Assembly (NCBI GenBank): GCA_965229205.1
Contig: CBDDIV010000003.1
Coordinates: 2,363,576 to 2,427,575 of the forward strand
Direction: 5' to 3'
DNA: 64,000 nucleotides
Origin: Rhodoglobus sp.
GTDB lineage: Bacteria > Actinomycetota > Actinomycetes > Actinomycetales > Microbacteriaceae
Shown: in pieces, positions 30,726 to 39,165 of the stretch
Layout: the number at the start of each line of letters is the position of its first letter
How positions within the stretch are numbered: the first letter of the stretch is position 1
The notes under the pieces: generated by a model
What the model saw: only the letters and a program-made list of their open reading frames with translations
Told to the model about the DNA's origin: nothing
The model's database searches: none
Position numbers and translations under genes: made by a program

Positions 30726-32804
30726 TCAGACGTCGATGCGGTCGCGGTCGAGTCCGTGGCCCGCGATGATGAACTCCTTGCGGGGCGCGACATCGTTGCC
30801 CATGAGCAGCTCGAACACCTTCGCCGCCATCTCCGCGTCGCCGACGTTGACCCGCCTGAGGGTGCGGTGGGCGCGGTCCATCGTCGTCGTGGCGAGCTGG
30901 TCGGCATCCATCTCACCGAGACCCTTGTAGCGCTGGATCGGGTCCTGATACTTCTTGCCGCTCTTCTTGAGCCCGGCCAGCACCGCGTTCAACTCCGCCT
31001 CGGAGTAGGTGTAGATCGTCTCGTTCGGCTTCGAGCCCGGATTGAGAACGACCACCCGGTGCAGCGGCGGCACCGCGGCGTAGACCCGGCCATCCCGGAT
31101 CATCTCGGGCATGTACCGGAAGAACAGCGTCAGCAGCAGCGTGCGGATGTGTGCGCCATCGACATCGGCGTCGGCCATGATGATGACCTTGCCGTACCGG
31201 GCGGACTCGAGATCGAAGCTACGACCCGACCCGGCGCCGATGACCTGAATGATCGAGGCGCACTCGGCGTTGGAGAGCATGTCGCTGACCGAGGCCTTCT
31301 GCACGTTGAGGATCTTGCCGCGAATCGGCAGCAACGCCTGGTACTCACTGTCGCGCCCGAGCTTGGCGGTACCGAGGGCGGAGTCACCCTCGACGATGAA
31401 GAGCTCGCTGTTGGCGACGTCGTTCGAGCGGCAGTCCACGAGCTTCGCCGGCAGCGAGGAGCTCTCCAGCGCGTTCTTGCGCCGCTGGGTCTCCTTGTGG
31501 GCGCGCGCCGAGATGCGTGACTTCATCTCCGACACGATCTTGTCGAGCACGAGGGCACTCTGCGCCTTGTCGTCGCGCTTGGACGAGGCGTACTTCTCCG
31601 CCAGCTGCTTCGCGATGACGGATGACACGATCGAGCGCACAGCGGGCGTGCCGAGTATCTCCTTGGTCTGGCCTTCGAACTGGGGTTCTGGCAGCCGTAC
31701 CGTGAGCACCGCGGTCAGCCCGGCGAGCACGTCGTCCTTCTCCAGCTTGTCGGATCCCACCTTGAGTCGGCGCGCATTCTTCTCGACCTCGGCACGGAGG
31801 AACTTGAGCATCCCCTGCTCGAAACCGGCCTGATGCGTTCCGCCCTTCGGGGTGGCGATGATGTTCACGAAGCTCTTGAACACGGTGTCGTACCCGGTGC
31901 CCCACCGCAGTGCCACGTCGACCTGGCACTCGCGGGTGAGCTCGGTCGGGGTCATGTGCCCGTTGTCCTGAAGCACCGGCACGGTTTCGGTGAAGGTGCC
32001 GGACCCGAGCATGCGCCAGGTGTCGGTGATCGGCGCATCCGGAGCCAGGTGATCGACGAACTCGCCGATGCCGCCCTCGAAGTGGAAGGTCTCGCGTCGC
32101 GGCTCGGGCCCGCGCGAGTCGGTGAGGTCGAGGGTCAGCGATGGCACGAGGAAGGCCGTCTGGCGCAGGCGATCCAGGAGCTCATCGGTCTGGAACGTCG
32201 CCCCCTTGGTGAAGATCTGGCGGTCGGCCCAGTACCGGATGCGCGTGCCGGTGACGCCCTTGGCGACCTTGCCGACGAGCCGCAGCTCGCTGCCGGACAC
32301 GAACGGCGTGAACGTGGCGTCGGGCGTGGGCTCGCCGGAGTCGGCGAAGATGCCGGGCTCACCGCGGTGGAACGACATCGCCCAGGTCTTGCCGTCGCGG
32401 TCGACCTCGACGTCGAGCCGCTCCGAGAGCGCATTGACCACCGAAGCGCCGACGCCGTGCAGTCCACCGGATGCCGCGTACGATCCGCCGCCGAACTTGC
32501 CGCCGGCGTGGAGCTTGGTGAACACGACCTCGACGCCCGAGAGACCCGTCTTGGGCTCGATGTCGACGGGGATGCCGCGGGCAGTGTCGCGCACCTCGAC
32601 GCTCTCGTCGGGGTGCAGGATCACCGCGATCTCGGTACCGTGACCGCCCAGCGCCTCGTCGACAGAGTTGTCGATGATCTCCCAGAGGCAATGCATGAGG
32701 CCACGGGAGTCGGTGGAACCGATGTACATACCGGGACGCTTGCGAACTGCCTCGAGCCCCTCGAGCACGGACAGATGACGGGCCGAGTAGTCAGCGCTCG
32801 ACAT
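30726..32804 (-). CDS. parE: DNA topoisomerase IV subunit B (GyrB/ParE family)
   Basis: LEGLEAVRKRPGMYIGST, EIIDNSVDE, GLHGVG, VEGDSA, PIRGK, DADVDG and RYKGLGEM motifs. Confidence 0.93.
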   Translation of the reverse strand: MSSADYSARHLSVLEGLEAVRKRPGMYIGSTDSRGLMHCLWEIIDNSVDEALGGHGTEIAVILHPDESVEVRDTARGIPVDIEPKTGLSGVEVVFTKLHAGGKFGGGSYAASGGLHGVGASVVNALSERLDVEVDRDGKTWAMSFHRGEPGIFADSGEPTPDATFTPFVSGSELRLVGKVAKGVTGTRIRYWADRQIFTKGATFQTDELLDRLRQTAFLVPSLTLDLTDSRGPEPRRETFHFEGGIGEFVDHLAPDAPITDTWRMLGSGTFTETVPVLQDNGHMTPTELTRECQVDVALRWGTGYDTVFKSFVNIIATPKGGTHQAGFEQGMLKFLRAEVEKNARRLKVGSDKLEKDDVLAGLTAVLTVRLPEPQFEGQTKEILGTPAVRSIVSSVIAKQLAEKYASSKRDDKAQSALVLDKIVSEMKSRISARAHKETQRRKNALESSSLPAKLVDCRSNDVANSELFIVEGDSALGTAKLGRDSEYQALLPIRGKILNVQKASVSDMLSNAECASIIQVIGAGSGRSFDLESARYGKVIIMADADVDGAHIRTLLLTLFFRYMPEMIRDGRVYAAVPPLHRVVVLNPGSKPNETIYTYSEAELNAVLAGLKKSGKKYQDPIQRYKGLGEMDADQLATTTMDRAHRTLRRVNVGDAEMAAKVFELLMGNDVAPRKEFIIAGHGLDRDRIDV

Positions 32805-32979
32805 AGATGGATCTCCTTGGGTCGCCTTCAAGACTAGGGTCCTCGAGGCCACCGACCCTGTTGCCACACCACCGCTGTACGCGTTCAGCGAAATACCCGG
32901 CAAATGTCGCACCGCTGTAACAACCGCGTGCTTGTATTGAGTCACGGGAACTTCACCCGCCAGCCGTAAGGAGCAGGAC

Positions 32980-33210
32980 ATGTCTCAGATCGCCACCGAG
33001 AACACCGCCGTCGACGAACTGGACTACTCCCTCTCCGCGCTCGACCGTTGCGACAGCTGCGGAGCGCAGGCCTACATTCGAGTCACCCTCGCCAGCGGCG
33101 ACCTTCTCTTCTGCGCGCACCACGGCGCCAAGTTCAAGGAGAAGCTGTTCCCGACCGCACTCAACTGGCACGACGAGTCGGCGCGCCTGCTGGAGTCCGT
33201 CGCCGACTAG
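32980..33210 (+). CDS. Small conserved Zn-binding protein (DRCDxCGAQA...FCxHH)
   Basis: 76 aa with SD AAGGAG and CxxC plus CxHH motifs. Divergent from parE. Confidence 0.8.
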   Translation: MSQIATENTAVDELDYSLSALDRCDSCGAQAYIRVTLASGDLLFCAHHGAKFKEKLFPTALNWHDESARLLESVAD

Positions 33211-33228
33211 GCGACCGGCCCCTTCGCG

Positions 33229-33957
33229 CTACTCGGCGGCCAGACCGAGCCGCACGGCGATCTGGTTTCGTGCTGCTTGGGCTGAGGCATCCACTCGTTC
33301 AGCTGTGGCGTCGTTCGCTTCGTAGCGACCATCCGTGATGAGGCCCAGCAGATAGTCCGCCAGGCCGGGATTCTTGGCGAGCACCGGGCCGTGCAGGTGG
33401 GTTCCGATGCTGGTGCCGACAACCTCACCCTCAAGTCGGGGCTCGGCGGCGAGTGAGTTGCCGACGCCGTAGACAACGGTGCCGAGCGCCCGCGCACCGG
33501 CGACAGCGCGGTACTCCCGGGCGTGGTTCTCGAATCCGATGAGGCGGCCGAAGTCGCTGTCGACGACGAGATCATCGCTGACCCGCGCGCGGGCCACCGA
33601 GCGACCGGAGAAGATGCCCAGCCCCTCAAGCACGTCGCCGTTCGACAGCTCGACTGACTGGGAGAGAAGCTCCCACCCGGTTCCCACGGCGAGCAGCGGG
33701 ATGCCGTCGGCACTCCATGCGCGCAGGCTCCCCTCCAGCGCACGAAGGCCCTCCAGTACCCGTGGCGCGCTCGACTCGGCACCGGACCCCACGATCACCG
33801 CCTGCGGCGCCTCGCCCTCAAGTGAGTCGCCGAGCGCGAGGTTGTGCACTCGAGCGTCCCAGCCCGCCCAGCGGGCACGCTGAGCCAGAACGAGCGCGTT
33901 CTGCGCGTCGCCGTTGAGGTCGAGGAGTTCGGGAAACACAGACAGGATGGTGATCAC
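33229..33957 (-). CDS. gatD: GatD-like type 1 glutamine amidotransferase domain lacking the catalytic Cys
   Basis: FPELLDLNGD..N, GFENH, GxGN and GTHLHGPVLAKNP signatures. The nucleophile elbow reads AVGTGWE instead of xxCGGYQ. Confidence 0.88.
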   Translation of the reverse strand: MITILSVFPELLDLNGDAQNALVLAQRARWAGWDARVHNLALGDSLEGEAPQAVIVGSGAESSAPRVLEGLRALEGSLRAWSADGIPLLAVGTGWELLSQSVELSNGDVLEGLGIFSGRSVARARVSDDLVVDSDFGRLIGFENHAREYRAVAGARALGTVVYGVGNSLAAEPRLEGEVVGTSIGTHLHGPVLAKNPGLADYLLGLITDGRYEANDATAERVDASAQAARNQIAVRLGLAAE

Positions 33958-33958
33958 A

Positions 33959-35203
33959 TCAGGCCAATCCGAGGTGGGTTCGCGTGCGGCGCATCGAATC
34001 CGCGCTGAAGATCACCGTCTTGATTCCGTGCTGTGGGGTTGGCAGCGCGAAGAAGGCGTCGATCGCCGTTGCCAGGTCCGGCTCCAGTGCACCCACCGCA
34101 ACGCCCTGGTACTCCAGCTGCAGGGCGAGCTCGTGAGCCTTGGAACCGGTCACCACGGTGACGGGCGGCATTGCGGAGAGGTCGACCGGCCAGAAGTACG
34201 ACGGGTCGCGCACGTCCGATCCGATCGCCATCAGCACCTGATCGAGCTCGGGGTCGAGCTCATCCACATTCAGTTGGAAGCTGGCGGGGTTCTGCACGAG
34301 AACGAACTCGACGGGCATCCCCCTGACCCTGGTGACCTCACCCCGGGCGAAGACCGGTTCGAGCGTCGAGATCGCATCGACAGCGATCGTGGCGTCGAAG
34401 TCCGGTCCGAGCACCTCGCTCGCTCCGCAGACGGCGGCGGCGGCATCCACCGCATAGTGGATGCCCCTGGCCGGCAGTTCCACGGCCATGCTGACGCCAT
34501 CCCAGTCGAGCGTTGCCGCGCGACCGTGGACGGCCGTGACCTCCACCGTTGCGCGCGGCCGACTCTGCACCTGCCGGGCATACCCGAGACCCCGCGGGGC
34601 GGCAGCGAGCACGTCAGGGGCTGCCCCGAATCCCACCGCCGCAACCTTCAGCCGGGCCGCCAATTCCGCCAGCAGTGCGTCGTCAGCGTTGTAGACGACA
34701 GTTCCGGTCGCCCGCTCGGCGATCCGCTCGAGGAGCTCGGCCACCTGCTCGGACTCGAAGAAGCGATCGATCTGGTCGGTCATGACATTGGTCAGGATCA
34801 CCGTTCGCGGGTCGAGGTCGCGGGCGACCAGCGCGCCGTGTCCCTCGTCCATCTCCAGCACGGCCATGCGATCGCTCAGGCGGCCCGTGACCGAGGCCTT
34901 CTCCAGCAGAGCCGATGTGAGGCCCTGGCTGATGTTCGCGGTCGAGGGGTTCGTGAAGACAGTCCGCCCGTGCGCGCGCAGAATCGCCACGATCATCTTC
35001 GTCGTCGTCGACTTACCGCTCGAGCCACTGACGATCACCAGTCCGTCGGGGAACGAGTTCAGCGCGTGCGGGAGAAAACCGGGCGCGATCCTGTTGACCA
35101 CCAGGCCGGGAATTGCCGAGCCACCATCTCGCTTACGCAGACGTGCAATGAAGCGTACGGCGCGTCCGACCAGAATCGCCGGCACGTAGCGCGTCGACGC
35201 CAT
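33959..35203 (-). CDS. murT: MurT-like Mur-ligase-family protein
   Basis: GGSAIPG, SGSSGKSTT, LEMDE, DQIDRF, NADD, RGE, QNPASF and DVRDPSYFWPVD (DUF1727-like C-terminus) motifs. Confidence 0.88.
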   Translation of the reverse strand: MASTRYVPAILVGRAVRFIARLRKRDGGSAIPGLVVNRIAPGFLPHALNSFPDGLVIVSGSSGKSTTTKMIVAILRAHGRTVFTNPSTANISQGLTSALLEKASVTGRLSDRMAVLEMDEGHGALVARDLDPRTVILTNVMTDQIDRFFESEQVAELLERIAERATGTVVYNADDALLAELAARLKVAAVGFGAAPDVLAAAPRGLGYARQVQSRPRATVEVTAVHGRAATLDWDGVSMAVELPARGIHYAVDAAAAVCGASEVLGPDFDATIAVDAISTLEPVFARGEVTRVRGMPVEFVLVQNPASFQLNVDELDPELDQVLMAIGSDVRDPSYFWPVDLSAMPPVTVVTGSKAHELALQLEYQGVAVGALEPDLATAIDAFFALPTPQHGIKTVIFSADSMRRTRTHLGLA

Positions 35204-36618
35204 TACTCGAGGTAGTCGCGCAGGGACTGCGAGCGTGACGGATGACGCAACTTGGCCATCGTCTTCGACTCGATCTGGCGGATGCGCTCCCGCGTCACAC
35301 CGAACGTGTCACCGATCTGGTCGAGAGTCTTGGGCATCCCGTCGCCGAGTCCGAAGCGCATCCGGATGACGCCCGCCTCGCGTTCCGACAGGGAGTCGAG
35401 GAGGCTCTCCAGCTGCTTCTGCAGCATGGTGAAACCGACGGCATCCGCCGGAACCACGGCCTCGGTGTCCTCGATGAGGTCGCCGAACTCGCTGTCGCCG
35501 TCCTCGCCGAGCGGTGTGTGCAGGGAGATCGGCTCGCGGCCGTACTTCTGCACCTCGATGACCTTCTCCGGAGTCATGTCGAGCTCGCGGCTCAACTCCT
35601 CGGGCGTGGGTTCGCGGCCGAGGTCCTGAAGCATCTGGCGCTGCACGCGCGCAAGCTTGTTGATGACCTCGACCATGTGCACGGGGATGCGGATGGTGCG
35701 GGCCTGGTCGGCCATGGCGCGAGTGATGGCCTGACGGATCCACCACGTTGCGTAAGTGGAGAACTTGAAGCCCTTGGTGTAGTCGAACTTCTCGACGGCA
35801 CGGATGAGACCGAGGTTGCCCTCCTGGATCAGGTCGAGGAACTGCATGCCGCGGCCGGTGTAGCGCTTCGCAAGCGAGACGACGAGGCGCAGGTTGGCGC
35901 CGAGCAGGTGGCTCTTCGCCCGCTGCCCGTCCTTGGCGACCCAGAGCAGTTCGCGTCCGAGTTGCGACTTCTGCTCGGCCGCTGACATGTGCGAGAGCTT
36001 GTCCTCGGCAAAGAGGCCCGCCTCGATGCGCATGGCGAGCTCGACCTCCTCGGCAGCATTGAGCAGTGCGACCTTGCCGATCTGCTTCAGGTAGTCCTTG
36101 ACGGGGTCTGCCGTAGCGCCGGTGATCGCCGACGAATAGACGGGGACCTCGTCCTCGTCGTCGACCAGCGACAGCACCAGGGCGCCGGTCGGCAGTTCCT
36201 CGTCCTTGCCCGTCGACTTCTCGTCGTCGTCATCGTCGTCGTCCTTGGCGTCATCCGAGTCCGCGTCGACATCTACCTCGACTTCGACCACGGCGACAAC
36301 GACATCGATCTCCTCGGGGTCGATCGCGTCGTCGTCAACATCGATCTCCACGACCTCATCGACGTCGTCATTGCCGTCTTCGGGGTCTGCGGGGGCCGTT
36401 GCCTTCGAGCCACGCTTGGTCGCCGGAGCCTTCACGGGGGCGGCCGATGCCCCCGCGGCCTTCGCCGCCTTCGTGGCAGCGGCCTTCTCAGCGCGGGTGA
36501 GCTCGGGTGCGTCGACGGCGGTGGACGCCTTCGCGGCGGAAGCCTTCGTGGGTGCGGCCTTCGCCGCAGGGGCCTTGACGCTCGCAGCTGCGGCGGGGGC
36601 CTTGGTTCGGGTTGCCAT
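35203..36618 (-). CDS. sigA: Principal RNA polymerase sigma factor SigA (RpoD/HrdB)
   Basis: [36 protein letters not shown] and [10 protein letters not shown] motifs, with an Ala/Lys-rich then acidic N-terminus. Confidence 0.97.
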   Translation of the reverse strand: MATRTKAPAAAASVKAPAAKAAPTKASAAKASTAVDAPELTRAEKAAATKAAKAAGASAAPVKAPATKRGSKATAPADPEDGNDDVDEVVEIDVDDDAIDPEEIDVVVAVVEVEVDVDADSDDAKDDDDDDDEKSTGKDEELPTGALVLSLVDDEDEVPVYSSAITGATADPVKDYLKQIGKVALLNAAEEVELAMRIEAGLFAEDKLSHMSAAEQKSQLGRELLWVAKDGQRAKSHLLGANLRLVVSLAKRYTGRGMQFLDLIQEGNLGLIRAVEKFDYTKGFKFSTYATWWIRQAITRAMADQARTIRIPVHMVEVINKLARVQRQMLQDLGREPTPEELSRELDMTPEKVIEVQKYGREPISLHTPLGEDGDSEFGDLIEDTEAVVPADAVGFTMLQKQLESLLDSLSEREAGVIRMRFGLGDGMPKTLDQIGDTFGVTRERIRQIESKTMAKLRHPSRSQSLRDYLE

Positions 36619-36804
36619 GTTTCGAATGCCTTTCGATCGGGCAGCACTGTTTTTGGGCAGTACTAAGACCCATGTCAAGTCGTGATTCGTTGCGCTCGAC
36701 GAGCTTGAACATCCAGGGATGCCACGAATCCCGAAACTAGACCGGGTCTCGAATCAATTATTGCACGGTTTGATTGGACCAACCGCCAGAGTCCGGGAGG
36801 GCCT

Positions 36805-38130
36805 TCAGCGGAACCGGTGCCGCCACGCCCTCATGAGTGAAACCCAGATCGGTGCCACTTCTATTCCCTCCTCGGCGTGCAGCCGACGTCGGGTGCGTCG
36901 GCGGGCGACGAGCATGAAGCCGACTCCGGCGCCGATGACCGCGTACTGGGCGAGGAAGGCGAGCCGGAAGGATTCCAGCGAATAGAGCTCGGCCGGGATC
37001 CCTGATCCGCCGCGGGTCCGATCCATCGCGTCGAGCAGGATTCCGACGATGAGCATCAGAACGAAACCGGAGGTGAATCCGCCCACGTTGACCACTCCAC
37101 TGGCAGAGCCGTGAGCCCGTTGAGGATTGAACGTGCGTGCGAAGTCGAAGCCGATCAGTGATCCGGGGCCGCTCGCCGCGATGAACACCAGCAGGAGCAC
37201 GATCAGCCAGAGCGGAGGGGTTGCCGGCCAGGCGAGAGTCGCTCCCCACAGCGCTGCGAGCATGGTCACGATCCCCAGGACGATGTTGCTTCGCCGCAGG
37301 GGGAATCGTGCCGAGAGCAGCCCGAGTATCGGCCCCGATACGGCCGCGCTCGCGATCATGATCGTCAGAAGCCCCGCCGCTCCGGTCGGCCCGTAGCCCA
37401 GCGCGATCGAGAGGAACGGAAACCCCCAGAGCAGCGAGAACATGGTCACGGATCCGCCGGCGACGAAGTGCGTCCAGAACCCCAGCTGCGTGCCCGGTCT
37501 GCGCAGACTCTCCCGCAGTTGATGACCGGATGCCGCCCAACTCTGCTGCACGAGTGGCAGCTCATTCGGACCTCGGCCGCGGGCCAAGACCCCGAGCACG
37601 ATGACCACGATCACTGACAGAGCGGCGGCGCTCAGGTAGGTCGGGGTCCATCCCCACGCGTGCAGTGCCAATGCCAGGGGAAGTGCCGACAGCACCTGGC
37701 CGAGCTGTCCAGCGGTGCCCAGCAACTGGGTCACGATCGGAATGGTCTTGCCGTCGAACCAGTTGGTGAGAAACCGCACGGCGGAGATGAAGGTCATGGC
37801 GTCCCCGGCACCCACCAGGATGCGGCCGATGAGCGCAACGCCGAGAGTGGGCGCCACCGCGAGAGTGCTCTGCCCCAGCGCCATCAACGCGGCCCCGAGC
37901 GTGAGCAGCACGCGCGGCCCGACCCTGTCGAGCATGACTCCCACCGGAATCTGAAGAGCCGCGTAGACCACGATCTGCACCACAGCGAGCGTCGAGAGCG
38001 CGGCGGCGTTCACGCTGAAGCGATCGGTTGCCTCGACCGCGGCCACACCCAGCGATGATCGCTGCAGAACGGCAACCATGTATGCGGCGATGGCGATGGA
38101 GAACATCAGCCACGCGCGACGGGAGTTCAT
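36805..38130 (-). CDS. MFS transporter
   Basis: About 12 TM segments, with the MFS signature GVMLDRVGPR and GRILVGAGDA. Confidence 0.9.
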   Translation of the reverse strand: MNSRRAWLMFSIAIAAYMVAVLQRSSLGVAAVEATDRFSVNAAALSTLAVVQIVVYAALQIPVGVMLDRVGPRVLLTLGAALMALGQSTLAVAPTLGVALIGRILVGAGDAMTFISAVRFLTNWFDGKTIPIVTQLLGTAGQLGQVLSALPLALALHAWGWTPTYLSAAALSVIVVIVLGVLARGRGPNELPLVQQSWAASGHQLRESLRRPGTQLGFWTHFVAGGSVTMFSLLWGFPFLSIALGYGPTGAAGLLTIMIASAAVSGPILGLLSARFPLRRSNIVLGIVTMLAALWGATLAWPATPPLWLIVLLLVFIAASGPGSLIGFDFARTFNPQRAHGSASGVVNVGGFTSGFVLMLIVGILLDAMDRTRGGSGIPAELYSLESFRLAFLAQYAVIGAGVGFMLVARRRTRRRLHAEEGIEVAPIWVSLMRAWRHRFR

Positions 38131-38148
38131 CGCTCCCATGCTACGGGC

Positions 38149-39075
38149 CTACTGGAGCGGGGTGTCGTCGTCTCCGTTGCGCCGCGCAGCGAGGAAGTTC
38201 TGTAGCTCGGCGGCGATCTCATCCGCAGTGGGCAGCTCGCCGTCGACGTCGGTCAGCGGGGATCGCAGCGGGTTGTCCTGCATGTAGCTGTCGTGACGCT
38301 CCTCGAGCGTGCCGACGAGCTTCGCGAGCTCCTGGTTGTTCTCCACCTGGGCGTCGATCTTCGCGAGGAAGTCGCGCCCCTCTTCGCGCAGGCGATCCGT
38401 CGGGAAGATCAGTCCGGTTGCCGCACTGACGCTCTCCAACGCGGCGACCGCCGCGAGGGGGAACTCGGTGTCGGCGAGGTAGTGCGGAATAAGGAGCACG
38501 AAGCCGGTCGTCGGGTGGGCCAACTCCCGGAGTCGGAACTCGATCAGGTGCAACGCGGTCGCCGGCACTTGCGTGCGCGGCTTCCACACCGACATCGCAT
38601 CGGTGAGCTCGGAACGGTTGCCGCTCACCGTGACACCGATGGAGCGCGTGTGCGGAACAGGCATGGGAATCGAGTTGATCCACGTGGTCGTGCTGACCCC
38701 GTAGCGCTGCACGATATCCAGCACGGCAGCAGTGAATCGCTCCCACTGGAAGTCGGGCTCGTAGCCGGTCAGCAGCAGGAACTGCTGCCCGAGCTCGTCG
38801 CGCGCCAAGTAGAGCTTCAGAGCCGCGGGCTGGTAGTCGCTCAGATGATCCTGATCGAAGTACATCGTGGGGCGCCGCGCCCGGTAGTCGAGCAGTTCGT
38901 CGTTGTCGAAGGTCAGCACAGTGCTGTGCTCGAGGGTGTCGAGCAGGTACTCGCTGACCTGGCTCACAGCGCTTCCCGCATCCGCAAAACCGGTGAGACC
39001 CGCGACGAGATGCAACCCCGATGGCACCTCGATGACATCTGTCGAGATGTCGTACAGGCCGCCCGGATCGCGCAT
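38149..39075 (-). CDS. PAC2-family (proteasome assembly chaperone-like) protein
   Basis: GFADAG, LLDYRARRP, EPDFQWE, PMPVPHTR, PHYL and C-terminal DEIAAELQNFL motifs. Confidence 0.88.
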   Translation of the reverse strand: MRDPGGLYDISTDVIEVPSGLHLVAGLTGFADAGSAVSQVSEYLLDTLEHSTVLTFDNDELLDYRARRPTMYFDQDHLSDYQPAALKLYLARDELGQQFLLLTGYEPDFQWERFTAAVLDIVQRYGVSTTTWINSIPMPVPHTRSIGVTVSGNRSELTDAMSVWKPRTQVPATALHLIEFRLRELAHPTTGFVLLIPHYLADTEFPLAAVAALESVSAATGLIFPTDRLREEGRDFLAKIDAQVENNQELAKLVGTLEERHDSYMQDNPLRSPLTDVDGELPTADEIAAELQNFLAARRNGDDDTPLQ

Positions 39076-39165
39076 GCAACAACTCTAATCTCGGCGACGC
39101 ACGGCATGCTCCGCGCGCGTGATGCCCTGAGCGAACAGCACAGGCGGCCTCGCTACGATGGGGCC

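Noticed and set aside
33229-33957. gatD as a simple pseudogene
   Set aside because: Full length, no frameshift or stop, coupled to murT, GC3-rich codons, and structural motifs retained. The changes concentrate in the glutaminase site, so it is typed as a CDS.
35203-36618. Low-complexity GAC/GTC-rich stretch near 36200-36400
   Set aside because: This is the ordinary acidic N-terminal region of actinobacterial SigA.
38293-39165. Long N-terminal extension of PepA (787-aa ORF)
   Set aside because: The extension is antisense to the PAC2 gene. PepA homology and a TACGAT -10 point to ATG 39166.
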